Part shown: one piece after another, positions 25,943-37,299 of the stretch
How the letters are laid out: each line of letters opens with the position of its first letter
Numbering within the stretch: position 1 is the stretch's first letter
Notes under the pieces: generated by a model
Seen by the model: only the letters and a program-made list of their open reading frames with translations
Database searches by the model: none
What the model was told of the DNA's origin: nothing
Made by a program: the position numbers and the translations under genes
Assembly: GCF_902652985.1 (NCBI RefSeq)
Contig: NC_047019.1
Location: forward strand, 42,160,001-42,224,000
Direction: 5' to 3'
DNA from: Pecten maximus
Taxonomy: Eukaryota
DNA: 64,000 nt

Positions 25943-26442
25943 AGATTCAGTTTTCAGAAAGAGTGAATTTTGGGGTACAAATGACACACCTAGGTGAATC
26001 AAACTTCAATATACAACTGAATGTTAGCAGGTGCTTTGATTTCTTCAGTAGTGTTAAGTTAGAAGGCCTTATGTAATAGATAATGGTTTTGAAATCTACA
26101 TGGTACTGCATACATATGCAACCAGCATGTGGGTAAATTGGGGCAGTTGTAGACACTCCTTTTATGAATATTGCTGATAAGCTGCAGAGATATTCTTGCA
26201 GACAAATATTGTACAAGATCTAGGATAAGTGTTATATGTTCTCAGCCATTTTAATTACTGTCTATGTGGCTACAATACCTGTATAGGATATAGGCATGTC
26301 TATAACACTACCACAAACATTCCAGGTATTTGAGTCTGTCTAGATCAGGGAACACTACAGCACTACTCATCAAACCCCTCTTTGTGCTGGACAGGAATCG
26401 TGTTATATAGTTGTGTTCAGTGTGTACTTGTGATGTACAGTA

Positions 26443-26985
26443 GTGTATAGTTGTGAAATATACCTGTGTACAGTGTATAGTTGTGATATATACCTGTGTA
26501 CAGTGTATAGTTGTGATATATATACCTGTGTACAGTGTATAGGTGTGATATATACCTGTGTACAGTGTATAGTTGTGATATATACCTGTGTACAGTGTAT
26601 AGTTGTGATATATATCTGTGTACAGTGTATAGTTGTGATATATACCTGTGTACAGTGTATAGTTGTGATATATACCTGTGTATAGTTGTGATATATACCT
26701 GTGTACAGTGTATAGTTGTGATATATACCTGTGTACAGTGTATAGTTGTGATATATACCTGTGTACAGTGTATAGTTGTGATATATACCTGTGTACAGTG
26801 TATAGTTGTGATATATACCTGTGTACAGTGTATAGGTGTGATATATACCTGTGTACAGTGTATAGTTGTGATATATACCTGTGTACAGTGTATAGTTGTG
26901 ATATATACCTGTGTACAGTGTATAGTTGTGATATATATACCTATGTATAGGTGTGATATATACCTGTGTATAGTGTATAGTTATG
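26443..26985. repeat. 30-bp minisatellite (~18 copies)
   Basis: Unit tgtatagttgtgatatatacctgtgtacag. Confidence 0.95.
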
Positions 26986-27459
26986 TGTAATTTAATAGTT
27001 ACAGTTAGTGTGTCAGTATATGTCTGATAGTCTTGGTTATGTGTACAGGTTAGTTGTGTTCAGATATGTCTGATATTCTAAGGTAAGAGTGTATCTGTTA
27101 CAGGTTTTGTGTTTCAGTATAGTTGGATATTCTAGTAAGGGTGTATCTGTAGTAGGTTAGTTGTGTTCATGTATATGTTGATATTCTAGTACAGGAGTGT
27201 ATCTGTGTACAGTGTTAGTTGTGTTTCGTTAATGTTAGTTAATACGAAGTGTATGTTGTGTTTACTGTGTTCAGTTATGTTTGATTACTGTTACAGTATA
27301 GAGGTGTAATACTGTGTTACAGGTTAGTTGTGATATATCTGTTCTGTAAGGGTGATATACCTGTGTACAGTGTTAGTTGTGAATTTACAGTATAGTGTAT
27401 AATACTGTGTCTAAGGGTAAGTTTGTATGGTGATCTAGTAGTTACCAGTTCTGTAGTGG

Positions 27460-28632
27460 TGTTCAGTATAATGTCTGATATGTCTAAGTAAGGAGGTGTA
27501 TCTGTAGTTACAGGTTTTAGTTGTGTTCAGTATAATGTCTGATATGTCTAAGTAAGGAGGTGTATCTGTAGTTACAGGTTTTAGTTGTGTTCAGTATAAT
27601 GTCTGATATGTCTAAGTAAGAAGGTGTATCTGTAGTTACAGGTTTTAGTTGTGTTCAGTATAATGTCTGATATGTCTAAGTAAGGAGGTGTATCTGTAGT
27701 TACAGGTTTTAGTTGTGTTCAGTATAATGTCTGATATGTCTAAGTAAGGAGGTGTATCTGTAGTTACAGGTTTTAGTTGTGTTCAGTATAATGTCTGATA
27801 TGTCTAAGTAAGAAGGTGTATCTGTAGTTACAGGTTTTAGTTGTGTTCAGTATAATGTCTGATATGTCTAAGTAAGGAGGTGTATCTGTAGTTACAGGTT
27901 TTAGTTGTGTTCAGTATAATGTCTGATATGTCTAAGTAAGGAGGTGTATCTGTAGTTACAGGTTTTAGTTGTGTTCAGTATAATGTCTGCTATGTCTAAG
28001 TAAGAAGGTGTATCTGTAGTTACAGGTTTTAGTTGTGTTCAGTATGTCTAAGTAAGGAGGTGTATCTGTAGTTACAGGTTTTAGTTGTGTTCAGTATAAT
28101 GTCTGATATGTCTAAGTAAGGAGGTGTATCTGTAGTTACAGGTTTTAGTTGTGTTCAGTATGATGTCTGATATGTCTAAGTAAGGAGGTGTATCTGTAGT
28201 TACAGGTTTTAGTTGTGTTCAGTATGATGTCTGATATGTCTAAGTAAGGAGGTGTATCTGTAGTTACAGGTTTTAGTTGTGTTCAGTATAATGTCTGATA
28301 TGTCTAAGTAAGGAGGTGTATCTGTAGTTACAGGTTTTAGTTGTGTTCAGTATAATGTCTGATATGTCTAAGTAAGAAGGTGTATCTGTAGTTACAGGTT
28401 TTAGTTGTGTTCAGTATGTCTAAGTAAGGAGGTGTATCTGTAGTTACAGGTTTTAGTTGTGTTCAGTATAATGTCTGATATGTCTAAGTAAGGAGGTGTA
28501 TCTGTAGTTACAGGTTTTAGTTGTGTTCAGTATAATGTCTGATATGTCTAAGTAAGGAGGTGTATCTGTAGTTACAGGTTTTAGTTGTGTTCAGTATAAT
28601 GTCTGATATGTCTAAATAAGAAGGTGTATCTG
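27460..28632. repeat. 64-bp minisatellite (~18 copies)
   Basis: Unit gtgttcagtataatgtctgatatgtctaagtaaggaggtgtatctgtagttacaggttttagtt. Confidence 0.95.
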
Positions 28633-29004
28633 AACCATGGTACAATAATAGCTATTGATCTGCGTCAGTAAAACCAACACACATCTTCCTTATACACAAC
28701 TCATAAAGAAAACTTTCTCAATGGTGTACATTTTATTTTGAGCCAATTGAAGTGAATTGCTGACCTTGCTCCAGTGGGCTGTGTTTGGTAGTGTTGAATA
28801 GTTGAGAGATCTAGGCTTTTACAGATCTTAGTGTAATATTGGAAATGTTTTACCGACAGTTGGCGTGATGCCACCGATAGTTACATGGCTCACATATCAC
28901 TGTACTGTAAACGTGGTACACAAACTTTTATAATGGAATCATTGGTGGCCAGCGGGCCTCTTTAAACTTGTGAAAATATTTTAAGAATGGATATTTAGTA
29001 CTGT

Positions 29005-29899
29005 CCCATACCAAAAAAAGGTATAAAAAGTTATAACTTTTTAGTACCTTTTTAGTACCTTTTCTGTACCTTTTTCAAAAGGTACAAAAAAGTTATAACT
29101 TTTTTGTACCTTTTTGAAAACTTAGAATTAATGAATGTAACTTTTGATAACTTTTTTGGACTTAGACAATTTTAGATGTAACTTTTTTGTACCTTTCTAG
29201 ACTTAGAAAATTTCAGGTATAACTTTTCTATACCTTTTTTGTACCTTTTCAGTACCTTTTTCCATACCTTTTTTGTAACTTTTTAGTACCTAGAAAAAGT
29301 TATAACTTTTTTGTACCTTTTTCATACCTTTATAGTACCTAAAAAAAGTTATAACTTTTTTTTAACTTTTTAGTACCTAGAAAAAGTTATAACTTTTTTG
29401 TACCTTTTTTATACCTTTTCTGTACCTTTTTAGTACCTTTTTTGTAACTTTTTAGTACCTAGAAAAAGTTATAACTTTTTTTTAACTTTTTAGTACCTAG
29501 AAAAAGTTATAACTTTTTTGTACCTTTTTCATACCTTTTCTGTACCTTTTTAGTACCTAGAAAAAGTTATAACTTTTTTGTACCTTTTTCATACCTTTTC
29601 TGTACCTTTTTAGTACCTAGAAAAAGTTATAACTTTTTTTTAACTTTTTAGTACCTAAATTATACCTATTTTTGTGTGAAATGTAACTTTTTTATACCTT
29701 TTTTGTACCTTTTTTATACCTTTTTTGTACCTAATAAAAGTTATAACTTTTTTTAGGTACAGAAAAGTTATCAAAAGTTATAACTTTTTAGTACTAGATT
29801 GGAACCGCTGTTTAAACATGGTTCCAATCTAGCATCAAAAGTTATAACTTTTTTGTACCTAAAAAAGTATAACTTTTTTGTACCTTTTTTTGGTATGGG
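29005..29899. mobile_element. Non-autonomous TIR/foldback DNA transposon (MITE-like, possibly CMC/EnSpm-related)
   Basis: 19-bp perfect TIR CCCATACCAAAAAAAGGTA, extending imperfectly. The body is built of GTACC(T)n modules and AAAAAGTTATAACTTTTT palindromes. Flanks are gtactgt|...|gtattgt (2-bp GT or imperfect 7-bp TSD). No ORF. Confidence 0.8.
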
Positions 29900-30232
29900 G
29901 TATTGTGAATCACCGAACGGTCAGTGTTCACCCAATTTTCACCGAGGCCACTTGTACTGCTTATAAAATGAAAAGGAAGACTTCTATTAATGTTTTCGAA
30001 CATTGTTTTCTTTTTCTCTCCTTGTCTTTTTCACCCAGGCCGCCAAATATACATTACTGCTAATAAAATGAAAAGGAAGACTTCTTTAAATTTTTTCTAA
30101 CAATGTTTTCTTTTCCTCAATTAAACTGAAAAAAAATTCTTATGATAAAAGCATATTTCAGAATAATTGTCAAAAACAGGGCTTATATTATGCCCAACAA
30201 ATTACATGTATAAAAAGAACGGGTTGTAGTGG

Positions 30233-30985
30233 TTTGTATATGGTGTTAAACTCAGTCTCTGTCACTCAGCTGATGGAGCGGTTAGGTGTGACTTGTATAT
30301 GGTGTTAAACTCAGTCTCTGTCACTCAGCTGATGGAGCGGGTAGGTGTGACTTGTATACGGTGTTAAACTCAGTCTCTGTCACTCAGCTGATGGAGAGGG
30401 TAGGTGTGACTTGTATATGGTGTTAAACTCAGTCTCTGTCACTCAGCTGATGGAGCGGGTAGGTGTGACTTGTATATGGTGTTAAACTCAGTCTCTGACA
30501 CTCAGCTGATGGAGCGGGTAGGTGTGACTTGTATATGGTGTTAAACTCAGTCTCTGTCACTCAGCTGATGGAGCGGGTAGGTGTGACTTGTATATGGTGT
30601 TAAACTCAGTCTCTGACACTCAGCTGATGGAGCGGGTAGGTGTGACTTGTATATGGTGTTAAACTCAGTCTCTGTCACTCAGCTGATGGAGCGGGTAGGT
30701 GTGACTTGTATACGGTGTTAAACTCAGTCTCTGTCACTCAGCTGATGGAGCGGGTAGGTGTGACTTGTATACGGTGTTAAACTCAGTCTCTGACACTCAG
30801 CTGATGGAGCGGGTAGGTGTGACTTGTATATGGTGTTAAACTCAGTCTCTGTCACTCAGCTGATGGAGCGGGTAGGTGTGACTTGTATATGGTGTTAAAC
30901 TCAGTCTCTGTCACTCAGCTGATGGAGCGGGTAGGTGTGACTTGTATATGGTGTTAAACTCAGTCTGTCACTCACCTGATGGAGC
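30233..30985. repeat. 59-bp minisatellite (~12.5 copies)
   Basis: Unit ttgtatatggtgttaaactcagtctctgtcactcagctgatggagcgggtaggtgtgac. Confidence 0.95.
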
Positions 30986-30996
30986 ATATACTTGTT

Positions 30997-31115
30997 TGGT
31001 TCAGATGGTAGAGCTGTGGCTTACCACACCAGAGACTGGGCTCGATTCTTGTCACCACACCGGAGACTGGGCTCGATTCTTGTCACCACACCGGAGACTG
31101 GGCTCGATTCTTGTC
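30997..31115 (+). mobile_element. Degenerate tRNA-derived SINE-like head (Pol III A and B boxes), with the B-box segment triplicated
   Basis: TGGTTCAGATGGTAGAGC (A box/D-arm-like) at 30997, then GGGCTCGATTC (B box/T-arm-like) at 31038. The 31-bp unit accacacc(a/g)gagactgggctcgattcttgtc occurs three times. Confidence 0.45.
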
Positions 31116-31249
31116 GGGGCACTCACCAGGAATTTGTTTTTCCTTGTTCTTTCACACATGTATGACTGTTTGTGTGATTTCTATGGGAATCTCTTTTGAA
31201 GACTATACTGGCAGGTCTGCAGGCTTTGGGACTACAGGCTTTCAGTCAG

Positions 31250-32308
31250 ATTTATACTGACATACTGGGTTGTTATGGGATTATTTATACTGACATACTG
31301 GGTTGTTATGGGGTTATTTATACTGACATACTGGGTTGTTATGGGGTTATTTATACTGACATACTGGGTTGTTATGGGGTTATTTATACTGACATACTGG
31401 GTTGTTATGGGGTGATTTATACTGACATACTGGGTTGTTATGGGGTTATTTATACTGACATACTGGGTTGTTATGGGGTTATTTATACTGACATACTGGG
31501 TTGTTATGGGGTTATTTATACTGACATACTGGGTTGTTATGGGGTTATTTATACTGACATACTGGGTTGTTATGGGGTTATTTATACTGACATACTGGGT
31601 TGTTATGGGGTTATTTATACTGACATACTGGGTTGTTATGGGGTTATTTATACTGACATACTGGGTTGTTATGGGGTTATTTATACTGACATACTGGGTT
31701 GTTATCGGGTTATTTATACTGACATACTGGGTTGTTATGGGGTTATTTATACTGATATACTGGGTTGTTATGGGGTTATTTATACTGACATACTGGGTTG
31801 TTATCGGGTTATTTATACTGACATACTGGGTTGTTATCGGGTTATTTATACTGACATACTGGATTGTTATCGGGTTATTTATACCGACATACTGGGTTGT
31901 TATCGGGTTATTTATACTGACATACTGGGTTGTTATGGGGTTATTTTTAATGACATACTGGGTTGTTATGGGGTTATTTATACTGACATACTGGGTTGTT
32001 ATGGGGTTATTTATACTGACATACTGGGTTGTTATGGGGTTATTTATACTGACATACTGGGTTGTTATGGGGTGATTTATACTGACATACTGGGTTGTTA
32101 TGGGGTTATTTATACTGACATACTGGGTTGTTATGGGGTTATTTATACTGACATACTGGGTTGTTATGGGGTTATTTATACTGACATACTGGGTTGTTAT
32201 GGGGTTATTTATACTGACATACTGGGTTGTTATGGGGTTATTTTTACTGACATACTGGGTTGTTATGGGGTTATTTTACTGACATACTGGGTTGTTATCA
32301 GGTTATTT
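31250..32308. repeat. 33-bp minisatellite (~32 copies)
   Basis: Unit atttatactgacatactgggttgttatggggtt; explains the 406-aa YTDILGCYGVI ORF. Confidence 0.96.
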
Positions 32309-32549
32309 AAGAGTACTTTTCAGATGATGTTCAAAGACAACACAATGACATTTTGTATCTGGGTATACATTTTCCACCCACACACAATGTATTTTTTCAA
32401 AAGAGGATATTTGTAATTAATCACTTTAACCTTATATAAGATAAGTCTTTTATTTAGAAGTCACACTTACATCAGTCAGTTAAAATTACTCAAATAACTT
32501 TACTTACAAGACCTCTGTCAGGGAATAATTTACTTCCTTTCTTTTACAG

Positions 32550-32595
32550 GAGTCAATTGGCGGACACAATGGCTATATCAAGCTTGACAAGTCAC
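32550..32595 (+). CDS. LATS1: LATS/Warts 46-nt coding microexon (ESIGGHNGYIKLDKS-Q)
   Basis: Strong acceptor tacttcctttcttttacag|G and donor CAC|GTAAGT. Open frame of 15 codons + 1 nt, which joins the phase-1 start of exon 33231 to give ...DKSQLLQNRKQSIE. Confidence 0.7.
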
Positions 32596-33230
32596 GTAAG
32601 TTATATACCAATACCTTATAGTCACTGTTAGCAAGATTGACAAGTCACATCAGTTATATTATATACCATTAATAAAAATAACTTGCTATTTATTATCAAG
32701 TTCTCACAGATCGTTGACATTTGTCGTTAATAATTTCATTTGTTTGATTTTCCTTTTTTTTGATAATTTTAACGATTATTTATGAGCCTAATGATGTTTT
32801 CATTGTTGATTGGCTATTGAGGATGAGAAAATAACTATTTAAACCTATTATAGCTGATGAGAAAATAACTATTTAAACCTATTATAGTTTACCAATTGAT
32901 GATAATTGTATTTGTATTTTTAGTGTCATCATAGTGTCATAATAACATGAGTAAAACTCTATTTATAGTAATAAGTTGTGATTACCTGTTCCTACCATCA
33001 AAATACAATGAAATATACCTGCTGTTGCTTACAGTATATTGATCAACATATTTCATACATACCTGGTCAATTTCTGCTGTTACTAGAGCAGTACTGTTGT
33101 GATGTATCCAGTATATATAGATTTTAACTGTGATTAATTGTGAGTACAGACATCCTAATATCTTTATGATTTCTGCTATTGTCTATTAGACGTGTACATA
33201 TTTTAACGATGGATTTTCTTTACTTTACAG

Positions 33231-36056
33231 AACTCCTACAGAATCGTAAACAGAGTATTGAGATGCCAGTGCAGAATGGATTTACGGACAGTACTAGTGA
33301 AAGGTCTGATAGTCCGCAGTGTTCACTTCCTAGTCGGACATTACCGAATGATACATCAGTGGCGAATCTAACACCAGTAACTAACGGCGATCAGATTCCT
33401 CCACCTGTGCCCCCACGGATACCAATAGTGTCGAGTAGTTCGGCACTGGGAATGAATCAAACCACACCAATGAGCAAACAGAATATGATGGAGACTTCGC
33501 AAATTAACCACCACCATCAAATGGTCAACCAACAGCTGCCATCACGACAGTTGAACATGATTCCGTCGCCCGGTGACATGCAGCAAATAATTCCGGGACA
33601 ACCACATATCAAACACAGTACCATGTTAAATCAACTACATCATCATCAACAGCAGCAGGCGCAGGGCCTAACACACGCGGGGCATATCACACCGCAACGC
33701 AGGAGTCCTGTCAACAGTCTGGGTCACCAGCCTGTCATTGTACAGAGACCTACAGGACAGTTGGTAACAATATCTAATCCTAGTGGAATAGGCTCTGGTG
33801 GTAAAGGGCAGATAACTATCCGTTATTCCAAACCACCTCCACCGTATAGTCAGCATCCGGTGAGTAGATCACCAGTAGTTAACATATCAGGTCAAGGTCA
33901 TACGGAACAGTCGCACCTTATTTCATCCACCGTTCCTCCAGTGTATCGGCCAACTCCACGGTACGAGACTCAGATCACTGTTAATAACACAGTACCAGGT
34001 TCTGGATCAGATAATGTTCTCAAAAAGACTGGTCTTTCTCCAGCACAATCAATGGCATACTGTACTAAACCAGAAATTGTGTCTGAGACAGTAAAGAGTA
34101 AAAAAGTGACTAAACCTAAACCTATGACGGCCACAATACCTATGTCCCCGGCTCAGTCACCAGGGCCAAATTATGTTTCTCATTCACAGGGCACCAGCTA
34201 TGTAACATCTCAGTCTTCTGGGTCTAACTACGTCACCGCACAGTCTCGTGGTACAAACTTTGTTTCACAGTCACCAGGTACAAATTATGTGACATCACAG
34301 TCGCCAGGTACAAATTATGTGACATCACAGGCGCCAGGTACAAATTATGTGACATCACAGGCGCCTGGTACAAATTATGTGACATCACAGGCGCCAGGTA
34401 CAAATTATGTGACATCACAGGCGCCAGGTACAAATTATGTGACATCACAATCGCCTGGTACAAATTATGTGTCGTCTTATGAAGCAAAAGTAGGAGTGCC
34501 AAGCCCTCGACCTCCAACTCCTGAAGTTCAGATAAAAATCCAACATCAACCCCATATTGTGCAACAGAAATCTTCAATGATGCGTCCTGATTCCATGCAC
34601 CCCCATATGGCAGGTCAAGGCCATGGGGGCCAGCCCCAGATTCAAATAAATCTTGGACAGCATGGCCCCCACTTTGCTCGTAGTGTTGTGGTACAGCGGA
34701 GCCAGGTACCATATGAATATATCAGACGTCCTTTGGACACTCCTGGGTCGACCCCAAGGTCAGACTCCCCCATATCTTTAAGGGGCACAAACCAGTCACC
34801 CATGTCAACCACATCAACAAGTAATTCAGATATTCCAGATAGACTTTCAGATAAAATCCCTGACAAACCCCCACCCCCTTACCCTGGAAAACAAAACAAA
34901 CAGGCTCATTTACCCCCACATGTGCAAATAGTGACTCCGTACGCTCATCAGCATCCCCCTTCATCTCACCCACAGTTACAAATGAATTACCCTGTTCACT
35001 ATGGTCAAATTCAAGGGCAAAATCAGGAACAGCCACCGCTGCCACCAAGAGTGCCTCTACATAGAATTTCTCCAGAATCTTCAGACACACCTCCACCTGT
35101 GCCAACAAAAGGAACAGTAGTGTCACCCCCACCTCTTCCTCCCCATTCCACTGGCAAACCGTCGAGGGGGAGCTCACAAAAAGTTAATGGTGCAAGTAAA
35201 AATGAACAAAATGATGAAACCGATGAAACAACGTCAACAGTTTCTGACGCAAGCAGTTGTAGTCACTCTGAAAAAACAAGGTGTACATCTCCAATGCCGG
35301 AACGAAAAGCTGATGCAAAGGAAAAGGACTCTTTACGTGGTGAAACTTTAGTGAGAAACTATTCACCGCAAGCATTTAAATTTTATATGGAACAACATAT
35401 AGAAAATGTGTTAAAATCTCACAAGGAGCGAGAAAAAAGACGATTACAGTTAGAACGTGAAATGTCGAAAGTGGGACTGTCTGATGAAGCTCAGCACCAA
35501 ATGAGGCGCATGCTTCATCAGAAAGAATCCAACTACATCCGATTAAAAAGAGCAAAAATGGATAAATCTATGTTTGAAAAAATTAATTCGTTAGGCGTCG
35601 GTGCATTTGGAGAAGTGGCACTTGTACAAAAGAAAGAGGTCAATCAACTGTATGCCATGAAAATGTTACGGAAGAGTGATGTGTTAAAACGTAACCAAGT
35701 GGCTCACGTCAAGGCGGAGCGTGATATATTGGCGGAGGCAGACAATGAGTGGGTGGTGAAACTCTACTACTCCTTCCAAGATCGTGATAATCTGTACTTT
35801 GTGATGGACTATGTACCAGGCGGAGACCTTATGGGTCTTCTTATAAAAATGGAAATATTCGACGAACCTCTTGCTGTCTTCTATATTGCAGAATTAGTGC
35901 TAGCCATTGAAAGTGTGCATAAGATGGGGTTCATTCACAGAGACATCAAACCGGATAATATTTTAATTGACAAAGATGGACACATGAAACTAACAGACTT
36001 TGGATTATGTACCGGATTTCGATGGACACACAATTCCAAGTACTACCAGCCACAAG
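33231..36056 (+). CDS. LATS1: LATS/Warts kinase, large exon: P/Q/S-rich region, PPxY motifs, LCD2-like segment, MOB1-binding NTR and kinase subdomains I-VII
   Basis: Lies within ORF 33179-36121. Contains RNYSPQAFKFYMEQHIENVLK...QKESNYIRLKRAKM (MOB-binding region), LGVGAFGEV, YAMK, VAHVKAERDILAEADNEWVVKLYYSFQD, HRDIKPDN and DFGLCTGFRWTHNSKYYQ, all LATS-diagnostic. Acceptor ttttctttactttacag|; donor CAAG|GTACGT (phase 1). Confidence 0.97.
34157..34477 (+). repeat. Coding 30-bp minisatellite, 11 units of (S/A)PGTNYVTSQ
   Basis: Unit ccaggtacaaattatgtgacatcacag(g/t)cg. Four diverged units are followed by seven near-perfect ones, all in frame within the LATS exon. Confidence 0.95.
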
Positions 36057-36578
36057 GTACGTATATAACTCAGATTATACCTGTCCTGCACTGTAATGTA
36101 ATAGTATGTTCCTTAACTTGAGATTTTTCCATTAGAAAACATTATTGGAATAAAAGAATTCTTAGTCGATGACCTTTCCTTAAATTGTGTAATGTCTTTT
36201 GGAATAATTCAGTGTTTTCCTATGGACAATTTTCAATTAAGAAATGTTGATAAAACTGTCGCCCATTGAATTTAAAATTTAGAAAATCTACAGATTGGAA
36301 AATATACCTGGAAAAACCGATAGATTTCAGGTGACAAGTTAATTGTTAAGGAAAAATGTATTGGAGGCAGCAAATTGGAGAGAAAAGACAGAGCGATGCA
36401 AGTACCAGTAGGGACATTTTGGCTGCTTTTGAGATTTCCAATTCTTGTATGCATTAGTCAAGTATAGTTTTTGTAATAGTAATGAATCAGTTCTAGTAGG
36501 ACTATTTTAGGTGTCAGAATATCGTAACTTGTGTCATTGATCATGATTAAACCTTGTCAATGATGCTGCAGACTTAGA

Positions 36579-36661
36579 ATGAATACTGATTACTTATAGA
36601 GATGAATTTATTACCCTAGATGAATACTGATTACTTATAGAGATGAATTTATTACCCTAGA
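36579..36661. repeat. 41-bp direct duplication
   Basis: atgaatactgattacttatagagatgaatttattaccctag occurs twice. Confidence 0.85.
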
Positions 36662-37299
36662 AGGTTGTTCAGGTTTGGTATTTGACAGTAGTCTTTTGTT
36701 TATGTTAGGTATATATGTTACATATATATGAATGCCATTGCTGTTGGCCCAGTAGACATTTAAATGTTATGTAAGGTTTATTAGTATAGAGAATATTTAG
36801 ATATTTATCCTGTAAGAGTTTCTATTGTTAGGGAACATATTAAGATGTTTATCATGTTCAAGGACAATGCCCTGGATTTAAACAAATTCAATCTGGCAAT
36901 TGGAAATTGGAATTAAAATTTCTTTCAGCATTATATACAAATTTAATCTCTTCATAAGCTATTTTAAGAAATACACATGCCCTCCTTTCAAATTTTCCAG
37001 CTGGATGGATCCACAAATATCTAATGATATTTTAATAGTCCATGTGTTGTAAGAGATTGGAGAGTTCTTTTGAATGACAGATTTGTGCTGAACAGAATTG
37101 TTGAAATAACACTGTAATTGTAGAAATAGAATTGAAGAACCCAGTCAAATTTACAAATCGAAGCTGGTCTTTAACAGGGCAATATATATATATATGTACA
37201 CTTGCCTGTTACAACTCAATAAAAACACTAACAAATGCTATTTTATCAACAGCACCTCCAGTCCTTTGAGACAAAATATAGGCTTATATAGAGGTTGTC

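Noticed and set aside
30997-31060. Functional tRNA gene
   Set aside because: No acceptor stem or convincing anticodon arm; only degenerate A/B boxes.
31196-32416. 406-aa ORF of YTDILGCYGVI repeats
   Set aside because: It is a stop-free frame of a 33-bp intronic minisatellite, with a TTG start, an overlapping second open frame and no protein-like flanks.
33179-33230. ORF-track N-terminus MSIRRVHILTMDFLYFT, and the read-through extensions at 36057-36121, 43850-43889, 44073-44125 and 49480-49575
   Set aside because: These are intronic sequence beyond clear splice sites; LATS similarity stops at the junctions.
33668-35375. Antisense ORFs overlapping the large exon
   Set aside because: Shadow frames of GC-richer coding sequence with no recognisable motifs.
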